A stretch of DNA of 64,000 bases from Octopus bimaculoides (lineage: Eukaryota), in assembly GCF_001194135.2 (NCBI RefSeq), contig NC_068993.1:23788764-23852763 (forward strand), written 5' to 3'. The notes beneath the pieces are model-generated. The model did not search any database and was not told the origin of the DNA. It saw nothing but the letters and a program-made list of their open reading frames with translations. This document shows positions 25,080 to 36,329 of this stretch, piece after piece. The first letter of the stretch is position 1; every line of letters starts with the position of its first letter. The translations under genes were made by a program, and so were the position numbers.

Positions 25080-25900
25080 TTAAGTTTCTTTCAACCTTCT
25101 ACAGCCTTCATTTTTTCTTTTACTCTTTTCTTTATTAATCTCCCGTTGTGCACTCACATGCTCGCTACTTCCCATTTTATCTGCTACGTCACAGAAAATT
25201 TGGAATATACCTTGCTGGGACAAATCCTCTTCTGAAAGTCGTGAGCTGGATGTATACTTCAGTGTCATCTTGGTGTCTACCTCGTCGATACCTGGTAATG
25301 ATTCTCCGTCTACCAATGGTGCTGCTGAAAGATAAGTAACTGCTGTGGGGTATGACCTTAATTTAAAAATGTCTTGTTCTGAACAGGTTTGCTAGTGATT
25401 ACCTTTCCTCTCAATCTGATCTGAAGATTCTCAGAAAGAACTTACAGCTGGAATGCAAAAAACGCCTTCTGCCTTGCACTACATCGCTGGTTGAACTCAA
25501 TAACAAAATAGTCCAAAAATATTGTTGATCTATCATCATCCATAGATCCATTCAGGCTGCACACGATTATAAATATTTGCATGTCAAACTCGTCGTGCAC
25601 TAACTCTCAATAATGTACCATAGTGTTGCTAACAAGTCACTAGTCAACATTAGTAACAATATCTCGTCAACACGGATAAAGGGCAATAGTTTCATTACAA
25701 GTTTTTCTGTAAAACTGAAACTCTTAAATTTATAAACAATAGATATATCCAGCTTACCTTCCCACACACTCTTGGGAAATGCAACGAACAAGATACAAAA
25801 TCTGTTTCAGGACAAGCTTCAGAAATATTTATTGAATGGCGAGCTACCGCATTCAAGGTACATTCTTGAATCCACTATTCTTGCCAAATATGGATTTTCT
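25080..25900 (-). mobile_element. Mutator-like (MULE) transposase relic
   Basis: Across frameshifts: *LAIQ*IF (cf. DFELAIxNAF), EACPETDFVSCSLHF (cf. FPxxxxxGCxFHF), KSVWEGK...FTEKLVMKLLPFIRVDEI (cf. QAVWRK...RKLMALPFLPxxEI), DDDRSTIFL...EFNQRCSAR (cf. RTNNxxE..H..FN). A basic tail follows in ORF 25080-25316. Confidence 0.5.
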
Positions 25901-26459
25901 TTTTCCAAAATGCTTCCGAAAGATGATATTTATTTTGCAAAATACTTCAAAAAGATAAAATATTTGTTTCCAAAACATTTATAACATATGAAACTGATGT
26001 TGCCAATGCGGTTCACTCACATTTTTCTTAATGAACGATTTTTGCGCAATTCATAGTTGTATGATTCATTTTGCTATTATAAACTGTTTATTTCTTCAAT
26101 ACACACACTGTCTATTTTTTCTTTATTATTTAGTCTCCTGTTTCAAAAAATGTTTCCGGTGATTAGTTTCTTTACATGAACTACAGCAAGCATCGCGATA
26201 ACATGTTAGCCTATCTGTATACAATTTGCAATACAAACACCGATGTCAAAAATACCTAGACAGGTAAAACCTAAGGATGAACATTTCTTCTACCACAATT
26301 AATGAGATTGATATCCAAACATTCTGCAAACCTATAGCCAATAAAAACAGGAACCAACATTTTTTTACCCTCGAGTGATCTGTTAATTAAGTACATTGTT
26401 CGTGGGGTTCTTACTTAAAGATTCATTAATTCTAATTGTGTTGATAATGATGATGAGAT

Positions 26460-26565
26460 TAATAATGATAATAATAATAATAACAACAACAACAACAACA
26501 ACAACAACAATAATAATAATAATAATAATGATAATAATAATAATAATTATTATTATTATTATTAT
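26460..26565. repeat. Compound (AAT)n-(AAC)n-(ATT)n microsatellite
   Basis: Seen directly in the sequence. Confidence 0.97.
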
Positions 26566-27147
26566 AAATGCCCAGACGCATAATAATAAATGCCCGGATG
26601 TAGTACGAGGCAGTGGCTCTCATGGCTTCTGATCTTAATTGATTGGAAGTGTTATCATGTACATTTTTTTGTCTTGGTATAAAAGATGGGCTACAGCAAA
26701 TATTCTGCTTAACATCACAGATTTGCTTGTCAGTTGTTTGACCTTAAACAGTTGAGCATGTCCCTTGGTGGCTGACGATATGAGCATCTCTTATCACGAG
26801 CAGAAGTAGTGGGGGAGCATCGTAGCCATATGTTGAGAGGAATTCTTTGGGGTTTGAATAATTCACCTTTGGAAACATGGGTGTTTTGCTCAAAATCCTT
26901 AAACAAACATTATTCAGGGACCCTTTGAGCGGGATGGGCTACTCGACCTGAAGAAAATTCTAACTGGGTCCCACGTGCAAGGTCATGCGCTGTATATCTT
27001 GATATGAGATTACCCTGTCGCGCAAATTTTGTTGTGATGCATGCGCCTGGTGTACTCTTATCAGACGGGTAGTCATGGTGGGTATACTGGGCTTCGTATA
27101 TCTTACCACAGTGTAACTTTGATGGCATGCACTGCTCTCTCACTCAG
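26566..27147. mobile_element. About 580-bp non-coding interspersed element bounded by (TAA)n tracts
   Basis: An island of higher GC with sharp junctions into TAA repeats on both sides (26460-26565 and 27148-27163). No ORF longer than 77 aa. From memory it resembles a common Octopus repeat; not searched. Confidence 0.65.
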
Positions 27148-27226
27148 TAATAATAATAATAATTACACAATCCATCCGACAATAGAATCAATTTGTGATA
27201 TTTTCACAACAGGCTGCTACCCGCTC

Positions 27227-27399
27227 TTACAGAATAAATACGAGCAAGTAAGATCGAAAGCTACGAGAAGTAAAATGTGAATAATAATAATAATGAGAAG
27301 AGGAAGAAGAAGAAGAAGAAGAAGAAGAAGAAGAAGAAGAAGAAGAAGAAGAAGAAGAAGAAGAAGAAGAAGAAGAAGAAGAAGAAGAAGAAGAAGAAG

Positions 27400-27430
<31 letters not shown>

Positions 27431-27596
27431 GCTAAGCATTTTATCCGACGAGGAGCCTGTTAATTTAAACAGAATATACTGCAAAAAATGGTTTTATTGT
27501 ACGTAGGGATATGTACAAATACTTAATTATGAAAAGACTAGCACATGGGAAAAATCATACCCTATCGATGAGGTTTTATAATGACCATTGTCTATT
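27227..27596 (+). repeat. Duplicated segment copy 1 with internal (GAA)n
   Basis: Flanks are nearly identical to 28313-28803. I counted 1 substitution and a 2-bp indel outside the microsatellite. Confidence 0.95.
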
Positions 27597-27750
27597 GTCA
27601 CAAAAATGTAAAAGCATGATGGGGTAAAAGAAGATTTGATGGGTTTAAATAGATATAATAAATTAGATAAACCCTACCCACATAAAAAAACACACGGTCA
27701 CCCGCACAAACATACACAAGTAGTATTGCTTCTATCGTTTTTAATGATAC

Positions 27751-27962
27751 AGCGGCGAGCTGGCAGAATCGATTGCACGCCGGGCAAAATGCTTAGCAGC
27801 ATTTCATCCGTCTTTAAGTTCTGAGTTCAAATTCCGTCGACTTTGCTTTCATCATTTCGTGGTCGATAAATTGAGTACCAGTCACGCACTGGGGTCGGTG
27901 TAATTGACTAGTTCTCTCCCCACCCAAATTTCAGGTCCTGTGCCCTTTGAAGAAAGGACTAT
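27751..27962 (+). mobile_element. SINE family A
   Basis: GCGGCGAGCTGGCAGAATCG (A-box-like), GAGTTCAAATTCC (B-box-like), core GGTCGATAAATTGAGTACCAGT and tail AAATTTCAGGTCCTGTGCC. Confidence 0.9.
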
Positions 27963-28312
27963 TAACTAATGAAGCACAAATATTATGTCACACTATAAAC
28001 GATTTTGTTAAAATTTTGCAAATTACGTAGGCCATAAATATGTCTTGCTTTTTTATTTTTGTTGTTCCTACAGATTAGGTAGACATGTGTCCACGTTTAT
28101 ACTCTTATCTAGAGACATTACCCTTGTCCTTCTAATGCATGCCAAATTCACGGATTGCTGATATGGATCTGGTGTTAGTATTTCACCTAGACGCAGTAAT
28201 AATCTTCATAAAATAAGAATTTAAGTTGTATGCGATTTGATATACCTCCATTCGTCTCTGCTGCTGAAATACATCCACCGGCCACTAAAAGCGATTTCTT
28301 TTACAACATTCT

Positions 28313-28608
28313 TTACAGAATTAATACGAGCAAGTAAGATCGAAAGCTACGAGAAGTAAAATGTGAATAATAATAATAATGAGAAGAAGAAGAAGAAGAA
28401 GAAGAAGAAGAAGAAGAAGAAGAAGAAGAAGAAGAAGAAGAAGAAGAAGAAGAAGAAGAAGAAGAAGAACAAGAACAAGAGGAAGAAGAAGAAGAAGAAG
28501 AAGAAGAAGAAGAACAAGAACAAGAACAAGAGGAAGAAGAAGAAGAAGAACAAGAACAACAACAACAACAACAACAACAAGAGGAAGAAGAAGAAGAAGA
28601 AGAAGAAG

Positions 28609-28639
<31 letters not shown>

Positions 28640-28803
28640 GCTAAGCATTTTATCCGACGAGGAGCCTGTTAATTTAAACAGAATATACTGCAAAAAATGG
28701 TTTTATTGTACGTAGGGATATGTACAAATACTTAATTATGAAAAGACTAGCACATGGGAAAAATCACCCTATCGATGAGGTTTTATAATGACCATTGTCT
28801 ATT
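28313..28803 (+). repeat. Duplicated segment copy 2 with compound (GAA)n/(CAA)n/GAG tract
   Basis: Same flanks as 27227-27596; the microsatellite is longer and interrupted. Confidence 0.95.
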
Positions 28804-28819
28804 TCTGTGTCTGTGTCTT

Positions 28820-28855
<36 letters not shown>

Positions 28856-29149
28856 TGTGTGTGCGCGCGCGCGAGTGTGTACATTTAATTATATGAGTAT
28901 ACATTTATTTATATATATTGCTTCCTTCAGATCATGCTGTTTATCTCTACGAATATTATCCATTGAAATAAGAATATACGGTGGGAAACGTTTTGCAGCA
29001 ATTTCCCTGCACCTCGTACTCATTGAATTCATGTAGGCAAATTTTGCATCCTGTATACAAATTGTATATCATAGAAAATCCACAGCCCACAGTAAGTCAA
29101 CGGCGGAGAAATTGTGTAGCAGTGTATCTTGTATAACGGTCCGAGGCAA

Positions 29150-29243
29150 TAGTAGAAGATACTTGCCCAAGGTGCCACGCAGTGGGACTGAACCCAGAAC
29201 CATGTGGTTGGTAAGCAAGCTACTTACCACACAGCCACTCCTA
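29150..29243 (-). mobile_element. SINE family B, 5' head fragment
   Basis: Reverse complement is AGGAGTGGCTGTGTGGTAAGTAGCTTGCTTACCAACCACATGGTTCTGGGTTCAGTCCCACTGCGTGGCACCTTGGGCAAGT. Confidence 0.92.
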
Positions 29244-29717
29244 TATTTTCATAAATTATGAGTTTATTTTAAGCAATTTCTGAAGATGCACAGATTCTAT
29301 TTTTTATCTCACCTTTCCACAAACATCTGCAAACTCTTTCCACATCTATTCTTTTCGAAGTTATCTCAATCTCACCATATGCAATATTTTCTTAGATTTT
29401 TCTTACTAATGCATTTCAGTTTCCCCTTATATTAAAATGTCATTTCGTTCTCTGATATTTGAGTAAGAGTTACGTGTTACAAACATATTTCATTAATTAT
29501 TAGCTAAGTATTTCTCAACAGAAATGAGAACAATTTCTATGTTTTGATTTTTATACCAAATGTGATTCATGGTTGTGAATACTTACTTTCTTGTGAATAA
29601 TTCGTAAAACTTAGATAATTCAAACAACATTAATGCAGAAATTTGAATTTTCCAAACGTTCTGTCCCTCTCTATGTCCCTATCACTCTCACTATCTCTCT
29701 CTTCTCTCTCCCTTCTC

Positions 29718-29767
<50 letters not shown>

Positions 29768-30009
29768 CACTACATCTATCTCTTTTCATCTCTAGAGAAA
29801 AACATACGTGAGACACATAGAAAGAGGTTAGTGGAGAAAAATCAAACGAGACGCAGGACCTCTGCATTCCATCCGTCTATATGTCCCTCACTATCTCTCT
29901 CTCTCCCTCTCTCTGGTTGTATATGTATGTTTCTCTCTCACTGCTTCTACCTCTTTTTCTCTCTAGAGGAAAAATGCATGACATAGATAGAAGGGGTGTT
30001 AGGGAGAAA

Positions 30010-30270
30010 AAAGTGACATACATGTCGGATGGAGTGAGGCACATCTATAAATCTAATTAAGTTGTCGATGAGGATGATATGGTTCATTATCCTCCTGAAT
30101 TTCTCAACAGTCTGGAACCTTCTGCTACGCCTATTATGCCGAAACATAACATTCAATTGAAGAAGGGCGCAGTCGTCATCCTTCTCAGAAACCTCCATCA
30201 GCAAGATTGTGCAGTAGTACATGTATGTTTATCGCTGAACAGCAGCCTTGCATTATCGAAGTGTTTTGCA
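30010..30270 (+). mobile_element. Helitron PIF1-type helicase fragment
   Basis: VVDEDDMVHYPPEFLNSLEPSATPIMPKHNIQLKKGAVVILLRNL followed, after a frameshift, by RLCSSTC (cf. GLCNGTRL), a Helitron RepHel C-terminal signature. Confidence 0.85.
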
Positions 30271-30847
30271 TAATCAGTGTTTTTACAGTGTTTTTAGAGT
30301 GAAAAACAACTTCACCTGTGTTTGGAAAAACATGATATATCTTTTAGCTTGCTCAGAGTATTGAGAGCAATATATTGGTCAAACTAAAAATTGTGTACCC
30401 CAGAGGATGACCGTACATAGATCTCAGATTAAAATACGGGAATACAGAAAAATAGCATTAAGTGAACACTTCGACAGTTGCGCCACTAATGAACAAGCCA
30501 ACTTTAGATCTGTTACTAACTACCAAACCTTCACAAAGGAAAAGACAGAGACAGAAAAAGGGAAAGTCTCCTACCTATTTGAAGACTATGGAAATACTTA
30601 CAAACCATTTATTTACTTTTTTTTTTTCAATTTAATAGTTTTTCTTCTTAATTAATATCCACCTTTGTTTTATTCTTAGTTGAAAAAGTCGGAAAGACTC
30701 AAACTGGGACTAACCCTCACAAAATTTATTTGATGATAAACTTATGTTAGTATTTTCAAACTTGCCTTTTTTTATTTATGCATAAGAACTCGTGTGTTAC
30801 TTTTCAAACTTGTACGTATATATATATAGGAGTGGATGAATGATAAG

Positions 30848-31240
30848 AGGCGTAGGAGTGGCTGTGTAATAATAGGCTTGATTCCTAACCACAAGGTTCC
30901 GGGTTCAATCCTACTGCGTAACACCTAGGGAAAGTGTCTTCTGCTATAGCCTCGGGCCGACCAAAGCCTTGTGAGTGGATTTGGTAACGGGAAACTGAAA
31001 AGAAGCCCGTCGTATGTATATATATATATATATTTGTGAGTGTGTGTTCGTGTTTATCCCTCCACCATCGCTTGACAGCAGATGTTGGTGTATTTACGTC
31101 CTTACAACTTAGCTGTTCAGCAAGGGAAACCGACAGAATAAATACTAGGCTTACAATGAATAAGTCCTAGGGTTTATTTGTTCGACTAAAGGAGGTGCTC
31201 CAGCATGGCCGCAGTCAAATGACTGAAACAAGTAAAACAC
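30848..31240 (+). mobile_element. SINE family B, near-complete copy
   Basis: GGCGTAGGAGTGGCTGTG (A-box-like), GGGTTCAATCC (B-box), CORE-like ACACCTAGGGAAAGTGTCTT, an internal TA tract, and tail GGTGCTCCAGCATGGCCGCAGTCAAATGACTGAAACAAGTAAAA. Confidence 0.92.
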
Positions 31241-31394
31241 AATAAGAATATATGTGTGCATGTATACACACACACACATGACACACTTATTAAAATTATA
31301 TAGTAAATAGACACATTTATTATTAAAATGTATCTAAATATGAAATTATATATTCAAATTATTTATTAATTATTATAATGTGAATATCTAATAT

Positions 31395-32240
31395 TTAGTA
31401 GACATGCCTTTTGCATTTTTCAATGCAAGAATCCTATAAGGCATGCTACTGATCAGTCTCATTCAGTAATCTCAAAAGATCTGGCTTTGAAGATGCTTTC
31501 TTGTACGTTTTACGAAGTGTCCTGTCCATTATTCCCCATAGGTGTTTAATTGCCCTAATATGTGATGACTGGCTTGGCCATGAATGTATTTTTTAATGCC
31601 ATTGTTTACCAACCAATCTTGGGTTCTTTTAGAAGATTGGAAGAAGTCTTTTTTGCAATTTGAACACATATTTATCTGAATGTATGTTTCCAACACACAC
31701 TCCACCGGCTCTGATTGACCATTGCTCCAAATTACTGCCCAGACCATCACAGAATAGTTGCTTAGTTTCACTGTTGACCACAATATATTCATATTAAATT
31801 CTTGATCACTGAGTCTCCAGACCCACACTCGACCATTGTCAGAAAATAGAGCAAATTTGGACTCCTCGAAGAAAATGAGTGTCCCGAAATGGTAGTGGTC
31901 ACTCCATCATCTTACTGGCCCAATCATTTCCCCATTTGTTGGCTGAATGAAGAAGTGCCTTTCTTCTTGCAGGTCTGCCATAATAGCCAAGTTTGTGGAG
32001 ATACCTGACAGCTGTTCTGGGACTGACATCAACTTATTCTGCTATGTCAGAGGCTTCGCAATGAGGATTATCCTCCACACTTCAATTAACAAAGCAAAGG
32101 GTCGGGTCAGAGCGCCCTGATCGACCTGGGCAAGATGATAGGGACTTCTTCCCCTCTCTGGTAAATTGCACAATGACTCTAGTTACAATAAAAATCAGGA
32201 CGCCAAGGCTTTCTGCGAATTTACGCTGTCAACCTTCAGA
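31395..32240 (-). mobile_element. Tc1-type transposase relic
   Basis: VEDNPH...VSPRTAVRYLHKLGYYGRPARRK...EESKFALFSDNGRVWVWR...STVK..NYSVMVWAVIWSNG...SKRTQDWL...SMPYRI..KNAKGMSTKY*. Part of the DD34E region is deleted or decayed. Confidence 0.85.
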
Positions 32241-33321
32241 ATGAACCTGCTTGAAACTTGGACAGTTCCAAGGTTTCTATTGTACGTAGCATGATCAAAC
32301 AATCACATATAGAACATGAAGCACAAAAATGTCTATTAATAAAACACATAAACATTTTAAAATTAAAATACACATATAACAATAGTTTATTGCCTGTCTA
32401 TTTACTTATGACCTGTCTGTGTATATGTACATATTTAAATGTGTGCATATGTGTATATATGTATATATGTATATATGTATATATGTATATATGTGCGTAT
32501 GCATTTATATNNNNNNNNNNNNNNNNNNNNNNNNNNNNNNNNNNNNNNNNNNNNNNNNNNNNNNNNNNNNNNNNNNNNNNNNNNNNNNNNNNNNNNNNNN
32601 NNNNNNNNNNNNNNNNNNNNNNNNNNNNNNNNNNNNNNNNNNNNNNNNNNNNNNNNNNNNNNNNNNNNNNNNNNNNNNNNNNNNNNNNNNNNNNNNNNNN
32701 NNNNNNNNNNNNNNNNNNNNNNNNNNNNNNNNNNNNNNNNNNNNNNNNNNNNNNNNNNNNNNNNNNNNNNNTATATATATATATATATATATATATCTGA
32801 GTGTGCGCGTGTGTGCGCGCGCGTGTGTGTGTCTGCGCGCACGTATGCGTGTGAGTGTGTGTGTAGGATGTAAGAGGGACTAATAAATCCAAGCGGAGAT
32901 CTAGGAAATTATTCAGTGCTAAACGAACTTGATTAACTATCTCGAACACTTAAATACAAATGAATTCAAGTAGAATCAACGTCCAAGGTAATTCATCATT
33001 TATGGCATGCAAATCCAAATATCACTGGAAAGAATTTCAAGGGATTCAGAGTATATCATAACAACTCAAAAATAGAAAAACTCACACCTTTAATCGATTT
33101 TTAAGCCATAAATTACCGACGATCGTTTCTATTGTGCCAGCGTATTTAGATACAGTAAAAAGGTATGAGATACCAGTCGAATTTATCCAAAAATATGCTA
33201 ACAACTTTGTCAAGGCAATCCAAATTAAATCAAATTCAAAATGAGCTAAAAGAATATATCCAATAAATGAACGCATACACAAAGAAGGTTAAGTAAAAAT
33301 ATAATATTCTAAGAAATACTA

Positions 33322-33700
33322 GATTAGTGTTTAACTTGCTTACGAACCACTTCGTTCCGGGTTCAGTCCTACTGTGTGGCACCTCGCGCAAGTGTCTTCT
33401 ACTAGAACCTCGGGCCGACCAAAGCCTTGTGAGTAGATTTGGAAGATGGAAACTGAAAGAAGCTTATCTTATATATGTGTATATATATATAAGTATGTGT
33501 GTGTATATGATCGTGTGTCTGTGTTTGACAACCGATGCCTGTGTGTTTACGTCCCCGTAACTTAGCGGTTCCACAAAAGACACCGATAGAATAAGTACTA
33601 GACTTACAAAGAATAAGTCCTGGGTTCGATTTGCTCGACTAAAGTCGGTGCTCCAGCATGGCCACAGTCAAACGACTGAAACAAGTAAAAGAGTAAAAGA
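33322..33700 (+). mobile_element. SINE family B, near-complete copy
   Basis: Aligns with 30848-31240 along its length (GGGTTCAGTCC B-box, GCCTTGTGAGTAGATTTGG, GGTGCTCCAGCATGGCC tail). Confidence 0.92.
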
Positions 33701-34264
33701 GTCTTTTGACGTCAACTGGATTGAGCGAAAGAATAAAATATAAAAAAAGGAATTCTATGCTCGACAATTAGTTAACATTTAATTAATCTAGAATAATTAA
33801 ACATATAAACATATATTTTAGGAAAGGCAATTTCAATTAATGGGATATTGACTATTGAATTATGCAAATGTTCTCCTGTATTTATGAAAAGAATTTTAGC
33901 ATATGTAATAGATAATTAACTAAATGTCATGACGCAGATTTTCGAGTTGGAGATGCAGATGTATACTAAAGGGTCATCGCATATGAACTCAGCCAGAGCT
34001 GTACATTCGCATCGGAAATATCCTCCTATAATAGTTATATAGAACACTGTATCAAATTCATTTACCATTAAATATATATACAATCCAAGAAGCTGAGATG
34101 TAAAATTTAACATGAAAATAAAAGGAAATAAACTCAAAATACTACCTGAAGCCAACTTATTTATTTTACTAAAATTCGATTTAGGTTCATTCCATCTGAA
34201 TTCAACAAACATTAAAAACATTTTAGACGTGACCAACTCCGATTTGGCTCAATTTTTCTTTCTC

Positions 34265-34267
<3 letters not shown>

Positions 34268-34338
<71 letters not shown>
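34268..34338. repeat. (ATT)n microsatellite
   Basis: Seen directly in the sequence. Confidence 0.98.
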
Positions 34339-34339
<1 letters not shown>

Positions 34340-34929
34340 TTGTAATATCATTATTTATATGAAGAACACATGCACAATTTCAGGTTTCAACTCCTAAAGG
34401 TTTCAACGATATTCCCCACCAAAATTTCAGGACCACACCCCTCATGAAGCGTGAATGTCTTTATACATATTTTGGTGCTGAATATCTTTAAAAATGATCA
34501 TAGTATTTGGCCGAAAATGGCTCCACCGGGTAATCAGAAACGCATAATCTGTTATCAAAATTACTTTCTCTTCCTTCATTTTTGACTTATTGGCCTTTCA
34601 CATATGATACCTTTCATGAGCAGAAATTAAAACATCAATATTCAAAGGTCCCCCATTAGGCCAAAATATCTAATACAAGCAAACTTCTGCTGAAATTTCA
34701 TCAGTTTGAGGAGTGATTTGTCCATGCTAAGAAAACAGACAATGTGCAAGGCATAAAAATATTTAGACGCCTCTGAAATTGTCCCGGGTGAAAATAGAAA
34801 CACATTTTTGACAATAATCGCCTCAAGTTCACCATGTGGGCAATTAAAATTGTATTGATTCAGAATATCTTGATTACACGTTAACATACACGTATATTAA
34901 TAGATAACATGGTATGGCTTTTTGACAGT

Positions 34930-36290
34930 AAACTTAACTGGATATAAGTGATGATAATGTCTTCTTGATGAGGGCAGCATCCTCAGTGGCAAGCTTATAA
35001 AATCTGGCTCTCTGTCCGTGTTTCTCAGGTTCTGAAACCAGGCACGTAAGGTTCTGGAAAGGTACCATACAAGCATTGCTACGGACTAAAGAAGGCCATG
35101 ATACAAGTCCTGCGTTTGATCGGTTCATGATTTTAGTTAATACATTATGGTTTTCATTTGAGCATTCAACGATACAACTAGCTCAGATGCTGGCTGCTCT
35201 ACACATAGAACAGTCAAATCATCATTAGCTGACATTCTGTTTATTAGCAGTTCACTTCCTGAAAAAGGAAGGAGTTAAACAGTGATAGGATCGTGTGCCA
35301 ATTCATTTCACTACGTTGCTGAATCGTGCTGGCAAATTAAAGCTACTGCGATGCTTACGCATGCCTAGTCATATGTCTCGGAAGCCGTGAGATTATGTCC
35401 TGTTGCTGCTGGTAGGCTTACATTTGCAGCCAAACGTTTCACCGTCCCACCGATTCCATCATATTGACTTTTTCCATGTGACCTGGCAAAGAAATGACAC
35501 TCCGCCTCAAGCACATGATTGTGCTAATGATGACAGAGATTTGTTAGGGTTTTGTAGTTCTTGTATTGGCCGGCTGCACCATCACTGAAGTACAGAAACT
35601 GGATTATAAACGGAAGTTCATTTTTATATGTGAAATCACCCTCGTAATAAAGGCATGCGTTGTGGTGGTGTCATGTTTCAAACAATCAGATATTACACAG
35701 ATTGAAATGCATTGCAGGTTTCCACCAGTCTTATAACGTATGGGTGAATAGTTGCCAAGGCGTTATTCCTATGAACCCCTAGCACCTCGTCCTGTACTGC
35801 AAAACTATAATTTTCTGCAAAGTCCAACAATAGTATTGCTTGATTTGATGTCAGATGATCTTTCTGGTGACTAAGGAATCTAGATTGAGCCTTTGCTATG
35901 AAATGGTGCTGACAGAGAGAATCAAATACGCTGCCAGCTGTTTGAATTAAATCATTCACCGAGGAGGTTAAGCATAAGAGGGCTGTTCGTTCCACATGTA
36001 CCCACTGTCTGTACGTTACTAAATCGTCGGAATCAAAATCACGCGAGGAAAATGCGCCTAACAAATATTGTTGAAAAGCAATCTTTCAGGACATGATTCA
36101 CACAAGAGCAATATAAAATCACGATTGCTCACTGAACACTCCATTTTGCTAAGCAAAACGTTGTAGTCATGACTACCGGAAATGGCAGCAGCCATAAGTT
36201 TTACATTTTGGTATTGCTTACAGACACATACTGAAGTCATACCTGAGGCAGTAACTGAAAACACACCATATTTGTGCTATTTGAAATTAT
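34930..36290 (-). mobile_element. DDE DNA transposase relic of the animal DFAENY / SDGAA-QYKN / SHGK-DGxGG family (often filed as CMC/EnSpm-like; superfamily uncertain)
   Basis: Ordered fragments: VCKQYQNVKLM...CESCP; YRQWVHVER...HHFIAKAQS...LLLDFAENYSFAVQDEV...ATIHPYV; ISDCLKHD...LYFSDGAAGQYKNYK...HFFATSHGKSQYDGIGGTVKRLAA; SWPSLVRSNACMVP. Confidence 0.88.
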
Positions 36291-36329
36291 ATTTGATAAA
36301 ATAAACTTATTTAAATAATCGAGAATTCT

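Noticed and set aside
25408-25450. CTGAAGA-TTCTCA-GAAAG-AA-CTT as a minimal hammerhead
   Set aside because: Stems II and III are only 1-2 bp, stem I needs a gap, and it lies inside a MULE-like coding relic; likely chance.
27227-28693. Poly-Ser, poly-Lys, poly-Arg and poly-Phe ORFs
   Set aside because: They are translations of GAA/CAA microsatellites.
27227-28803. Repeat-spacer-repeat pattern as CRISPR or LTR pair
   Set aside because: Only two long copies in eukaryotic DNA, with no TG...CA termini, primer-binding site or TSD.
30848-30920. SINE heads as tRNA genes
   Set aside because: They continue into repeated SINE bodies and lack acceptor-stem pairing.
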